From positions 1 to 32,168 of the forward strand of contig JAWAQK010000025.1 of the NCBI GenBank assembly GCA_038893995.1: a stretch of 32,168 bases of DNA. Direction: 5' to 3'. Within the stretch, counting starts at the first letter, position 1; every line of letters starts with the position of its first letter. Below, in pieces: positions 1 to 8,548 of this stretch. The position numbers and the translations under genes were made by a program. A model generated the notes under the pieces. That model was not told the DNA's origin and did not search any database. It saw only the letters and a program-made list of their open reading frames with translations. Source of the stretch: Candidatus Thorarchaeota archaeon. Lineage in GTDB: Archaea > Asgardarchaeota > Thorarchaeia > Thorarchaeales > Thorarchaeaceae.

Positions 1-1411
1 GTATCACCAACTGGGCAAGGTCGTTGGCGATGTAGTCGAGTGCAGTGGAGTACGGCGGCGAGTTCACATTACCTCTTATCTCATGTATGTCCGAGATAGG
101 TTTCAGGTCGCTTGCATCAACCTCGTATACTCTTCCATGACCGACCCTTATTCCAAGAGTCGAATTGATCTGATTGAAGAGCAGAGCCCTCCGGCAGATG
201 TCCTCGACAACTCGGACCACTTCCTCTGCAAAGTTCTTTGTCTTCTTCCCCTTGAGATTGCTGATGCACATTGCAAGTGCCAGCCTCATGATGTTCTGAA
301 TGTCGCCCTTGAATATGCGTTCTACTATCAGTCTGGCAACTACCATCTCAGAGAGCACATCGTTTGTTGAGAACTCGTCATACACATCCGGGGCTGTTTC
401 ACGGATACCATCTATGATCGACTGGTCCAGTGGATAGGCAGGAGTGTCCAGGGTATCCTGCCCCTGCGACAGCGTCTTGAGGACCTTGAGTTCCCGCTGA
501 AGCGCAGAAACGAACGCGGAGGCCGCCTCATCCAGTGATGCTGGATCTACACGTAGGAGGGCACACTTGGCGTTTGCCATTAGGACGGACATCGGGTTGA
601 TCTCAGACCCACAGCTGTCTAGACCCATGAGACTCGCCTCGACCAGTAGGGTCCCACTGCCTGCGAAATTGTCCATCACAATACCTTCGTCCCTGGGCCA
701 TACCAGGTTTATCAGAGCTCTGGCCATCTTTGGATGGAACTTCCCCTTGTAAGGATGCATGCCGTGCGACAGATACAGAGAACACTCGCCCCTCTCTGCA
801 AAGTAGTCGAGAAGCCTCTTACCGACTCTTGCGCGCTCTGAGGCAGGTATCCGGTAGGTATGTCGTATCAGATTGTCGAACATACTGTCTACGAACTCTC
901 TCATTCTCTCGCGCGGGAGAGACTGTGTCACTCGTGTGATGTGTTCGGAGTTCTCGAGGAAGTACTGGTTGGTGATGATCCGGATCAGCGCAGTGTGGCC
1001 TACCTGAAAGGCATGACAGTTCTTCCCTAAGGCACCTTGAGGGAATATCCTTCTGAGCAGCGATTTCCATGAGTCCGCCTCGTCCACGACGTATATCTCT
1101 CTCGTGTACCCAAGCCTTCTCACAAGTCTGGGGATGTCATCAGGACGGACCTGCGTGCTCTCGAATCCCTGTACACGACCATATGCGCTCTCATGAGTCA
1201 GATAGTCCTGGAATCGGACAGAATCACTCTCATCGCCTCTCTTTGACACCTGGACGGCATCAGTGAACTCACTGAACGGGTGCTTCTTGAGAAGGTCTGC
1301 GGCGTTGCGCACGGGTACAACCGGACCTACTAGGCTCTCTAACTCGAGGCGCGCCAGCTCCACCTCATGATAGTCCTTGATGCTGTTGAATATCTTGAAG
1401 TAGGTGTACAT
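1..1411 (-). CDS. DNA amino-methyltransferase (m4C/m6A, SPPY-type, motif I before motif IV) with long N-terminal extension; runs off the left edge
   Basis: Not in the ORF track because there is no stop in the window. Manual translation from ATG 1411 is open to the edge: MYTYFKIFNSIKDYHEVELARLELESL...SHGMHPYKGKFHPKMARALIN...MDNFAGSGTLLVEA (SAM-binding motif I)...GSEINP...NVNSPPYSTALDY (catalytic motif IV). Confidence 0.85.
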   Translation of the reverse strand, partial: MYTYFKIFNSIKDYHEVELARLELESLVGPVVPVRNAADLLKKHPFSEFTDAVQVSKRGDESDSVRFQDYLTHESAYGRVQGFESTQVRPDDIPRLVRRLGYTREIYVVDEADSWKSLLRRIFPQGALGKNCHAFQVGHTALIRIITNQYFLENSEHITRVTQSLPRERMREFVDSMFDNLIRHTYRIPASERARVGKRLLDYFAERGECSLYLSHGMHPYKGKFHPKMARALINLVWPRDEGIVMDNFAGSGTLLVEASLMGLDSCGSEINPMSVLMANAKCALLRVDPASLDEAASAFVSALQRELKVLKTLSQGQDTLDTPAYPLDQSIIDGIRETAPDVYDEFSTNDVLSEMVVARLIVERIFKGDIQNIMRLALAMCISNLKGKKTKNFAEEVVRVVEDICRRALLFNQINSTLGIRVGHGRVYEVDASDLKPISDIHEIRGNVNSPPYSTALDYIANDLAQLVI

Positions 1412-1540
1412 CGTCGAGTTGCCTCTGACTACGGCAATCAGTTGTTGTGACAGTTGATAAACGTCCCTAATATGCAGATACCGCTCCTCCGCCTTTGTGA
1501 TACAAGGTTTGAAACGATAGTTGAGGGCCCGCATCCTATC

Positions 1541-2254
1541 ATGTCGATCTTTACCAAGGACAAGAAGATAGGGGAGATTGCCGTAAAGAAGGCGTACGCT
1601 CTGCTGAAGAAGGCAGGGTATGATCCGAGGTTACCCGCCGAGGCACAGAAGGACTACGATTTCCTTTTGGGGGATGGCAGGAAGGTCGAGGTCAAGTTCG
1701 ACGTCGTCATGGACTCGACAAGGAATCTTGCCATCGAATGGTCGGTTAGTGAGGATGTTGTAGGGTGGGGTCAGTACTGCAACGCCGACATTCTGATACA
1801 TTTCTACGACATGGACAATGCGATAGTCCTCGACTGGCGCAAGTTCAAGGCGTGGTTGAGTGATCACATGGATGAGTTTGAGCGAAAGCCATCAAGATAC
1901 AGCACTGCAATGGTCGTACTCGTTCCGATGGGGCACGTACCGCCGGAGATCACGATACCCGAATTGTCACACTTGTTCAGGTCGGACTATGGTCTCGAGC
2001 CCTGGGAGCTGGATGGAATCAGAGGTGGGGGGATACGAATTGGTGTGGCAAGACGAAGGGGATCTAACTGCACGGTCTGTAATGGACCCATTGAGAGAGA
2101 TGATCTGGTAATTGAAGGTAGGTCGGGGAAGAAACATATCTCGTGTGCAATCAGCGATGGAACCATCTCTCCTGAATCCATACCACGTGTCGAAGGTTTT
2201 TCCAGGCTCGATGATGCACAGCTGCAGCGGATCAGACAGCTCACGGGCCAGTGA
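1541..2254 (+). CDS. PD-(D/E)XK-family nuclease with C-terminal CxxC...HxxC zinc finger (candidate restriction endonuclease)
   Basis: YDFLLGDGRKVEVKFD...TRNLAIE fits D...ExK. C-terminal CTVC...KKHISC. The track start is 1454 (TTG); ATG 1541 (MSIFTKD) is more plausible. Confidence 0.65.
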   Translation: MSIFTKDKKIGEIAVKKAYALLKKAGYDPRLPAEAQKDYDFLLGDGRKVEVKFDVVMDSTRNLAIEWSVSEDVVGWGQYCNADILIHFYDMDNAIVLDWRKFKAWLSDHMDEFERKPSRYSTAMVVLVPMGHVPPEITIPELSHLFRSDYGLEPWELDGIRGGGIRIGVARRRGSNCTVCNGPIERDDLVIEGRSGKKHISCAISDGTISPESIPRVEGFSRLDDAQLQRIRQLTGQ

Positions 2255-3066
2255 ATCTGTCGTACGCGAGGAACTACTAGACAGAATGAATGTTGCTCTC
2301 TGCATACGGTCTCGTGTTGTTGCTCTTGTTGTCAGATCAGGTTTCAACTACCACGGCATCGTGTGACGCTGGACCCAAGAGCCGTATTCACCGATTGTCC
2401 CGAGCTGGCAACACCTCCGATAGTAGGTTTCGGGTCCCATCCCTTGTAAGGCATGCTATCTTCTCTTGGGATCGCCTTCAGGTCATCTAAATGCAACGTT
2501 GCCTCGGAGGATCAGCAGCACTGCATCCTTGTTACGTCGGATGGGCTGACGCTAACTCTGGAGGACTCAACCATGTCTCTAGTCATCAATCCACAAGAGT
2601 AAATGGAGATAGGATGTTCGGAATATCGGCTGTCAGGAAGGTTACACAGGGACATCCTCAGTGGACGCCTAATACGCCATGCGTACAGCTGCTCGGGCAA
2701 GGACTTCGTGGCTACCGCATCATCACTCCGCAGATGTCGGATCCGCATGTGTTGGTCCGGATGTTCCGTTGGGACCCTGATGGCGTATCGTTTCAATTGT
2801 CACCTTAGATGTTGTCCAGCAGATGTTGTACGAGATTACGGCTCTGCGTCTATTGAGGCAGTCAGTGTCACAGAGGACGCTATGCTGAGGTAGAGACCCT
2901 GGTACGAGAGGCCCCCCTAGGTGCAGATGTTGTCTGACCGGCGTTGTCATGGGCCCCTCCAAGGGCACTCTCACAAGGGCCATCTATGCGCTTCTTGGCA
3001 TGTCTGGCTCACATCTCGCCGAGCAAAGGTTCATGTTCATTCAGGCGATGGCCCCCGCGATCCAAT

Positions 3067-3309
3067 ATGGACACACATCGTGGTACACGGAGTTTCTTTA
3101 GAAGAGTCTCATCTCTGGACCCGTTCTTCGGGTGCGCTCTCTTAGTATTGGTCATCCTGCTGATCTATGTGATTGTCGGCAACAGTTACACTTACTATGA
3201 CGCGCTAGTCTTCATCGCAACGGTAGTTGGGCTGGGCACCATCGCAGCATTCCTCGTTCTGATGTCGATCAGACAGGTCTTGGCCAGGCAGATCAGAAGT
3301 GAGTCGTAG
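3067..3309 (+). CDS. Small two-TM membrane protein (paralog A)
   Basis: 80 aa from ATG 3067 with two hydrophobic helices and a basic C-tail; similar to 3733..3981. Confidence 0.6.
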   Translation: MDTHRGTRSFFRRVSSLDPFFGCALLVLVILLIYVIVGNSYTYYDALVFIATVVGLGTIAAFLVLMSIRQVLARQIRSES

Positions 3310-3732
3310 CACCCTGGGAGTCCTTTTCCCTTTACACTGACAATGCTGGCCAGCCATTCGTCGAGAGGAACATGTCGTAGGCTGCCCGATAGTCTAGACA
3401 CCTCTTAGCGAGTCTCCCATCCCGACTGGATCGCGATCTTGGCAGGTTGCTGCAGAGGCATTGGTCGCACCTGACTGGCTCACACTCAGTGCAGTCCAGC
3501 CAGCATCGTGCATGAAGTGGTCCGTGCTCGCTCTGGGCAGCTCGCTGCGTGATAGTGCAATCGAGCCGTACGACAGAGCCGCGACACCTCAATGTAATTC
3601 CTTCTGAGATCGAGGACCTTCCTTACAGTGAGGGCGGTCTCTCCCCAGCCATGGTGTCTGAGTACCTGCTTTCCAGAGTTGTTGTCACAGGGTTAATATG
3701 TGTCCGGGTCCACGCGTCTGGGGGTGAGTATT

Positions 3733-3981
3733 ATGGATACCGGGGCGCACTCGGGCCGACGGTCACTCAGAGCGCCAGCTCCTGATGAGATCCTGGGCTG
3801 TTCTCTGTATCTAATACTACTGACAGTGTTTGCGGCACTGGTATTTGGATTCCAGTCCGACGAGCCATACCGAGAGCTCATGTGGGTGACGGGGCTTGGC
3901 TTCGCATCGCTCTACTGTCTGATCCTGTCAATGAGGGGTATTCTCCGGGCCAGGCGTCTTGACCAACCGACATCATCCTGA
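3733..3981 (+). CDS. Small two-TM membrane protein (paralog B)
   Basis: 82 aa from ATG 3733, preceded by GGGGTGAG SD; two hydrophobic helices; shares MDT start, D-x3-GC-x-L and GLG with paralog A. Confidence 0.6.
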   Translation: MDTGAHSGRRSLRAPAPDEILGCSLYLILLTVFAALVFGFQSDEPYRELMWVTGLGFASLYCLILSMRGILRARRLDQPTSS

Positions 3982-4433
3982 AGACTAGTATCAGACTGAT
4001 GGCGAGAGGAGCGAGTAGATGGCCTCTGAATCGAAGGAATCATGCATCTCCCGGTTGCCTCCTTCGGAGCTCTGTCAGGCATTGAATCGAGTATCGTGCT
4101 CAATGATCTGAAGACTCACGTGCTAGGTCTCCCACCTAGTCCAATGTGGTCCAGGGCGGTCTGCTGCTGTCATGGTCAGGCGGGGGTCACTGTGTCAAGC
4201 AGGGGCTAGGAGTCGACGGCAGTGATAGCCTCATTGACCTCACAAGCGAGCATTCGTATTGCGGGCAGGCAGGTCCTCACGTAGACAGGAGCCGGGTGGT
4301 ACGGGGTGTTGTCTCAAGCCCTGTGTTCAGGACATCTCAGGTATCACGGAGCAACTCGGCCGGCCTCGGTACGCTGAGAGACACTCATTACTACAGCCGT
4401 CGACTGCTGCAGTGATGCGGCCATCCAGACGTA

Positions 4434-5093
4434 CTAGGGCTTGCGCTTCCTGTGCGACCTGACTACGTCGAGGAACTTCCTGACGTTGTCCGCAATCACA
4501 TCGAACCGATTTTCTGCAATTGCCTTCTTGTCTGTGATTGCAGACCCAACTCCAAGGGCGAACACTCCTGCGTCGAGGAATGCACCTGCTGTGTCGAGTT
4601 CAACCCCGCCCGTGGGTATCAGTGGGATGTGTGGGATCGGGGCCCTGATGGCCCTTATGTAGTCTGCACCCCCGACATTACCGCACGGAAACACCTTGAC
4701 CGCGTCCGCGCCCATGCTGTACGCCTCCACGATCTCGGTCGGAGTGAGCGCACCTGGGAAGCACAGTTTCCCATGGCGCCTGGTCGTCTCGATCAGGTCC
4801 CTGGAATAGATCGGACTCACTATGAACTCGGCGCCCGCAGCGATCGCCTCGCGAGCAGTGGCGCCGTCCAGCACAGTGCCTGCTCCGACGAGCACTCTGT
4901 CACCGACCCTGTCTGTCAGCTCGCGGAGGACATCTGTGGCCTTCGGAACACTGAATGTGACCTCGACGATGTTTACTCCGCCATCAAGGAAAGCCTCTGC
5001 GACCCTCAGTGCTGTCGCCGATGACTCGACCCTGATGATTGGTATCAGTGCTGTCTCTCCAATGAGACTGAATGCCCTTGTTCTGTCCCACAT
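4434..5093 (-). CDS. eda: KDPG / 4-hydroxy-2-oxoglutarate aldolase (bacterial-type class I)
   Basis: IVEVTF, VGAGTV, FIVSP, TPTE, VKVFP (Schiff-base Lys), PTGGV; AGGTGAT SD overlapping the kdgK stop. Confidence 0.93.
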   Translation of the reverse strand: MWDRTRAFSLIGETALIPIIRVESSATALRVAEAFLDGGVNIVEVTFSVPKATDVLRELTDRVGDRVLVGAGTVLDGATAREAIAAGAEFIVSPIYSRDLIETTRRHGKLCFPGALTPTEIVEAYSMGADAVKVFPCGNVGGADYIRAIRAPIPHIPLIPTGGVELDTAGAFLDAGVFALGVGSAITDKKAIAENRFDVIADNVRKFLDVVRSHRKRKP

Positions 5094-5100
5094 GTTCGAA

Positions 5101-6093
5101 TCACCTCTGAATCCTGAGGCCTGCGCCCTTGAGTATTGTCTCGGCCTCCTCCTTGTTGAGGATCGCGAAGTCGCCTGGGATAGAGTGTTTTAGCGCGGAC
5201 AGGGCTCCTGCAAAGTCCACGGCCCTCTGTACGTCTTTCCACTCGAGGTAGCCGTAGATGAAGCCGGCGCTGCACGAGTCGCCAGCTCCCAGTCTGTCGA
5301 CTATCTCGACCTCAAACTTGGGACTGTAGTAGAACTTCCCGCCTGAGAGAGCAAAAAGGGACCAGACGTTTCTCCAGACCGACGGAGTCTCGCGCAGGGT
5401 GATGACAACCACCTCGAAGCCATATTTGTCAGACAGTTTCTGAGCGACCTCTTCGTACGTCTTTCCCTCTATCCCGTACACGATCTTGGTGTCCTCTTCC
5501 GTGGTGATCAGGATGTCGATGTCTCTCGAGATCGGCTCCGTGAACTCTCTGGCCTTAGCCGGACTCCACAGCTTGCCCCTGTAGTTGACATCGTACGAGA
5601 CCTTGCAGCCCTGTTCCATGGCCGTCTTGATGGCCTCTGCGGTCACTTCTGCGGCACTAGAACTGAGCGCAGGTGTGATTCCGCTTGTGTGGAACAGTCG
5701 GGCACCACTGAGGATCTTCGGCCAGTTCACTTCGCCTCTCTTTATCCTGCTTATGGCTGACATCTTTCTATCGTATATTACACGCTGCGCCCTCGGTGCG
5801 GCCCCGAACTCCAGGAAGTAGATTCCCACCCTCTCCTCTGGGTCCCAGACTATGTGTGATGTGTCGACCCCGTGCATCCTCGCCTGATTTCTCAGGAAGT
5901 GGCCCACCGAGTTGTCTGTGAGCTTGGTCACATAGGCGGCCCTAAGCCCAAGTCTTGCACAGGCAACAGCCACATTGAGTTCTGCTCCGCCGGCCCTTGC
6001 GACGAAGCTGTTAGTCTGTTCAATCCTCATGAAATCTGGCGGAGAGAGTCTCAGCATCACCTCTCCGAATGTCACGACGTCATAGGCCATCAT
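5101..6093 (-). CDS. kdgK: 2-keto-3-deoxygluconate kinase-like PfkB sugar kinase
   Basis: FGEVMLRLSP, GGAELNVA, SGITPALS, DVNYRGKLW, VDRLGAGDS, ALKHSIPGD; adjacent to eda. Confidence 0.9.
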   Translation of the reverse strand: MMAYDVVTFGEVMLRLSPPDFMRIEQTNSFVARAGGAELNVAVACARLGLRAAYVTKLTDNSVGHFLRNQARMHGVDTSHIVWDPEERVGIYFLEFGAAPRAQRVIYDRKMSAISRIKRGEVNWPKILSGARLFHTSGITPALSSSAAEVTAEAIKTAMEQGCKVSYDVNYRGKLWSPAKAREFTEPISRDIDILITTEEDTKIVYGIEGKTYEEVAQKLSDKYGFEVVVITLRETPSVWRNVWSLFALSGGKFYYSPKFEVEIVDRLGAGDSCSAGFIYGYLEWKDVQRAVDFAGALSALKHSIPGDFAILNKEEAETILKGAGLRIQR

Positions 6094-6105
6094 GTCACGC
6101 TCGCT

Positions 6106-6152
6106 TCATGTTAAAGTCGGTTATAATCGGAGTACATTCCTGGTGTTAAGTA
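6106..6152 (-). promoter_or_regulatory. Putative kdgK-eda promoter with TTAACA boxes
   Basis: Minus strand reads TACTTAACA...ATTATAA...TTTAACATGA in the GRE-kdgK gap. Confidence 0.4.
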
Positions 6153-6174
6153 TGTCGAGAGGGACATCTCAGAC

Positions 6175-8520
6175 CTATCGGGCCGAGAACTCAGTCCGGG
6201 CAATTATCTCATCCTGCACGAATGGATCGAGCTCGACGAAGTAGGCACTGAAGCCTGCAACTCTCACTATCAGGTTCCTGTACTGAGCAGGGTTCCTCTT
6301 GGCCTCTTCAAGCATCTCTCTCGAGACCACATTAAACTGGACATGAAGACCGCCCATTCTGAAGTACGCCTCGATCATGGCCGCGAACTTCCTACGGTTA
6401 TCTTCGTCGACGAAGATGTCCGGTGTGAACTTCATGTTGTAGAGCGTGCCATCGTATGCCAGTGAATGGTTCAACCGGCTGACTGACTTCATGGCGGCGG
6501 TTGGACCGTTGACGTCCTTGTTTCGGGCAGGCGAGACACCATCGGACAGCATCATCCCCGCCTTGCGTCCGTCGGGTGTCGCACCAAGCGTGTCCCCCAT
6601 CGGGATGTACATGCTGACAGAGAAGAGCCCTGCATGGTATGGTCCACTCCTTGTCGTCATCCTTGACTGGACCGACCTGCAGAAGGTCTCTCCGACCCTG
6701 CGCGCAAGAAGATCCACCCTCTCGATGTCGTTCCCGTACCGGACCGGGAAGTTCTCCAGTCTGACCCTGAGGTCCTCATGTCCCTCGAAGTCCCTTGAGA
6801 GTGCGTCCAAGAGAGTGTCCATCTTGATCCTGCCCTGTTCGAAGACAAGACTGCGCACTATCTCCATCGAGTCGGCAACTATTGCAATCCCTACGCCCAT
6901 GATGCCTCCGGAGTTGTACCTCGCTCCGCCTTCCTGCATTGTCCTGCCCGTCCTGATACAGCCATCAAGCAGGGCCGACACGAATGGTGTTGGGGCCAGC
7001 TCCGCATGGACTGTGGCAGCTATTCTGTCAGCACGAGTCAGGAGCTCAATTGTGTGATCGACCTGTTCTTCAAACGCACTCCAGAGCTGAGAGAACTCCC
7101 TGAACTCCCTTGGGTCTCCTGTTCTCTTTCCGACGAGAAGACCTGTCCTCGGATCCGTCCCGTTGTTCAGGGTGATTTCCATTATCTTTGGAAGATTGAC
7201 ATATCCAATGTTCGGCCTGGCATCGGTCTTGCCCTCGATTATGGGCTCGACGCAGCCAAGTATCGAGTAGTCGTGAGCCTCCTGGGGGTCCGTGCCCTTC
7301 TCCACCATCATCGGAATGATGACGTGGTCGTTGAACAGGCCTGGCATTCCGAGACCCTTCGAGATGACGTCCACGACCCTTGACATCATGCTGCTGGGTG
7401 TGCCCCTGTGCCATCTGAAGGACACAGTTGGCTGTGTCATCCGCACATTTGCGGTGGCCTCCAGGACCAGTTCTGTGACCGCATTGCAGCTGTCCTTACC
7501 ATCTCGGTCTTGGCCTCCGATCGTCAGATTCTGAAACATTGGGAAACCTGCAAATGCAACACTATAGTACTCGTCTCTCAGCTTTATGAGCGAACTCAGT
7601 TTTATCCAGAGCATCTCGAGCAACTCGAGGGCCCTCTGTCTGGTGATACGCCCCTCTCTCAGGTCTGTCTCATAGAATGGCAGCATGTACTGGTCGAACC
7701 TGCCAGTCGAGATAGAGTGCCCGTTCGACTCTGTCTGGACAAGAAGGTGGATGAACCAGAACGACTGGAGAGCCTCGTGGAACGACTTCGCTGGCGATGC
7801 TGGCACGACTGAGCATATTCTCGATATCTCGAGCAGTTCCTGACGCCTCTCTGGGTCGGACTCCCTGGCTGCAAGTTCTCTGGCCAACAGACTGAACCTA
7901 CGAGCAAACTCTATCGCGGCCTCAAGCGATATCTCGACGGCGGTGTAGAATTCGAACTCCGGACTCGGTGACCTGCACTGCTCTCGACGCTCTCTCGCCT
8001 CTCGAATGATGGACTCCAGTCCCTCGTTGAGGACCCTCCTGTAGTCGACCGTGACATGTCCGATACCCGTACCAGGTGCGCCGATAGTGTATAGACCCGC
8101 ACGAGCGCCAGCCAGCGATTCTGGTGGTATCCTGGCATTCGAGGCCTCGGCAGTGCTACGTCCCTTCCAGAACTTGAACACCTCTCTGAGAGTCGCCTTG
8201 TCCTCCTCACTCACGTGGAACCGTTCGGTCCTTCTCTTGTCCAAGCGATCCAGTTCTCTGTCTATCCACTCCCACGAGTACTCGGGAAAGACCTGGCATG
8301 ACCTTGGAGTGGGTCCCATGTTGCCCACTATGAGTTCCTCGGGCTCAATCCTGATTGTCATGTTTCTGAGCACGTGCGCGAATGCGCCAGCCATCCTGAC
8401 GACTGCTGGTTGATCGAGATGACTGCTGACATATTCCGTGAATAGTCTTGCCCGCTCTGCTGACAGGGTGGGCATTGCATCCAGCACTCGTTGTCTCATG
8501 CGCATCGTTCGCTCAGTCAA
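6175..8520 (-). CDS. Glycyl-radical enzyme (PFL2/diol-dehydratase-like eliminase clade), substrate unknown
   Basis: C-terminal LIVRVAGFSAYF glycyl loop, single-Cys GCVEP loop, SNGHSISTGRFDQY, AGFPMFQNLTIGG, ATPDGR; 781 aa. Confidence 0.93.
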   Translation of the reverse strand: MTERTMRMRQRVLDAMPTLSAERARLFTEYVSSHLDQPAVVRMAGAFAHVLRNMTIRIEPEELIVGNMGPTPRSCQVFPEYSWEWIDRELDRLDKRRTERFHVSEEDKATLREVFKFWKGRSTAEASNARIPPESLAGARAGLYTIGAPGTGIGHVTVDYRRVLNEGLESIIREARERREQCRSPSPEFEFYTAVEISLEAAIEFARRFSLLARELAARESDPERRQELLEISRICSVVPASPAKSFHEALQSFWFIHLLVQTESNGHSISTGRFDQYMLPFYETDLREGRITRQRALELLEMLWIKLSSLIKLRDEYYSVAFAGFPMFQNLTIGGQDRDGKDSCNAVTELVLEATANVRMTQPTVSFRWHRGTPSSMMSRVVDVISKGLGMPGLFNDHVIIPMMVEKGTDPQEAHDYSILGCVEPIIEGKTDARPNIGYVNLPKIMEITLNNGTDPRTGLLVGKRTGDPREFREFSQLWSAFEEQVDHTIELLTRADRIAATVHAELAPTPFVSALLDGCIRTGRTMQEGGARYNSGGIMGVGIAIVADSMEIVRSLVFEQGRIKMDTLLDALSRDFEGHEDLRVRLENFPVRYGNDIERVDLLARRVGETFCRSVQSRMTTRSGPYHAGLFSVSMYIPMGDTLGATPDGRKAGMMLSDGVSPARNKDVNGPTAAMKSVSRLNHSLAYDGTLYNMKFTPDIFVDEDNRRKFAAMIEAYFRMGGLHVQFNVVSREMLEEAKRNPAQYRNLIVRVAGFSAYFVELDPFVQDEIIARTEFSAR

Positions 8521-8548
8521 TGATCACACCACCGTTGTACAGTCTCAT

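Noticed and set aside
83-1266. Short ORFs listed in the track at the left end
   Set aside because: All overlap the continuous minus-strand methyltransferase frame (1411 to the edge).
5091-5105. GGTGATTC(G/A)AACATG shared by the eda start and the DUF917 start (31140-31154)
   Set aside because: Mostly explained by the archaeal SD (GGTGAT) plus ATG; too short to claim a repeat or operator.
6175-8520. Annotation as pyruvate formate-lyase (pflB)
   Set aside because: It has a single-Cys GCVEP loop rather than the adjacent Cys-Cys of true PFL.
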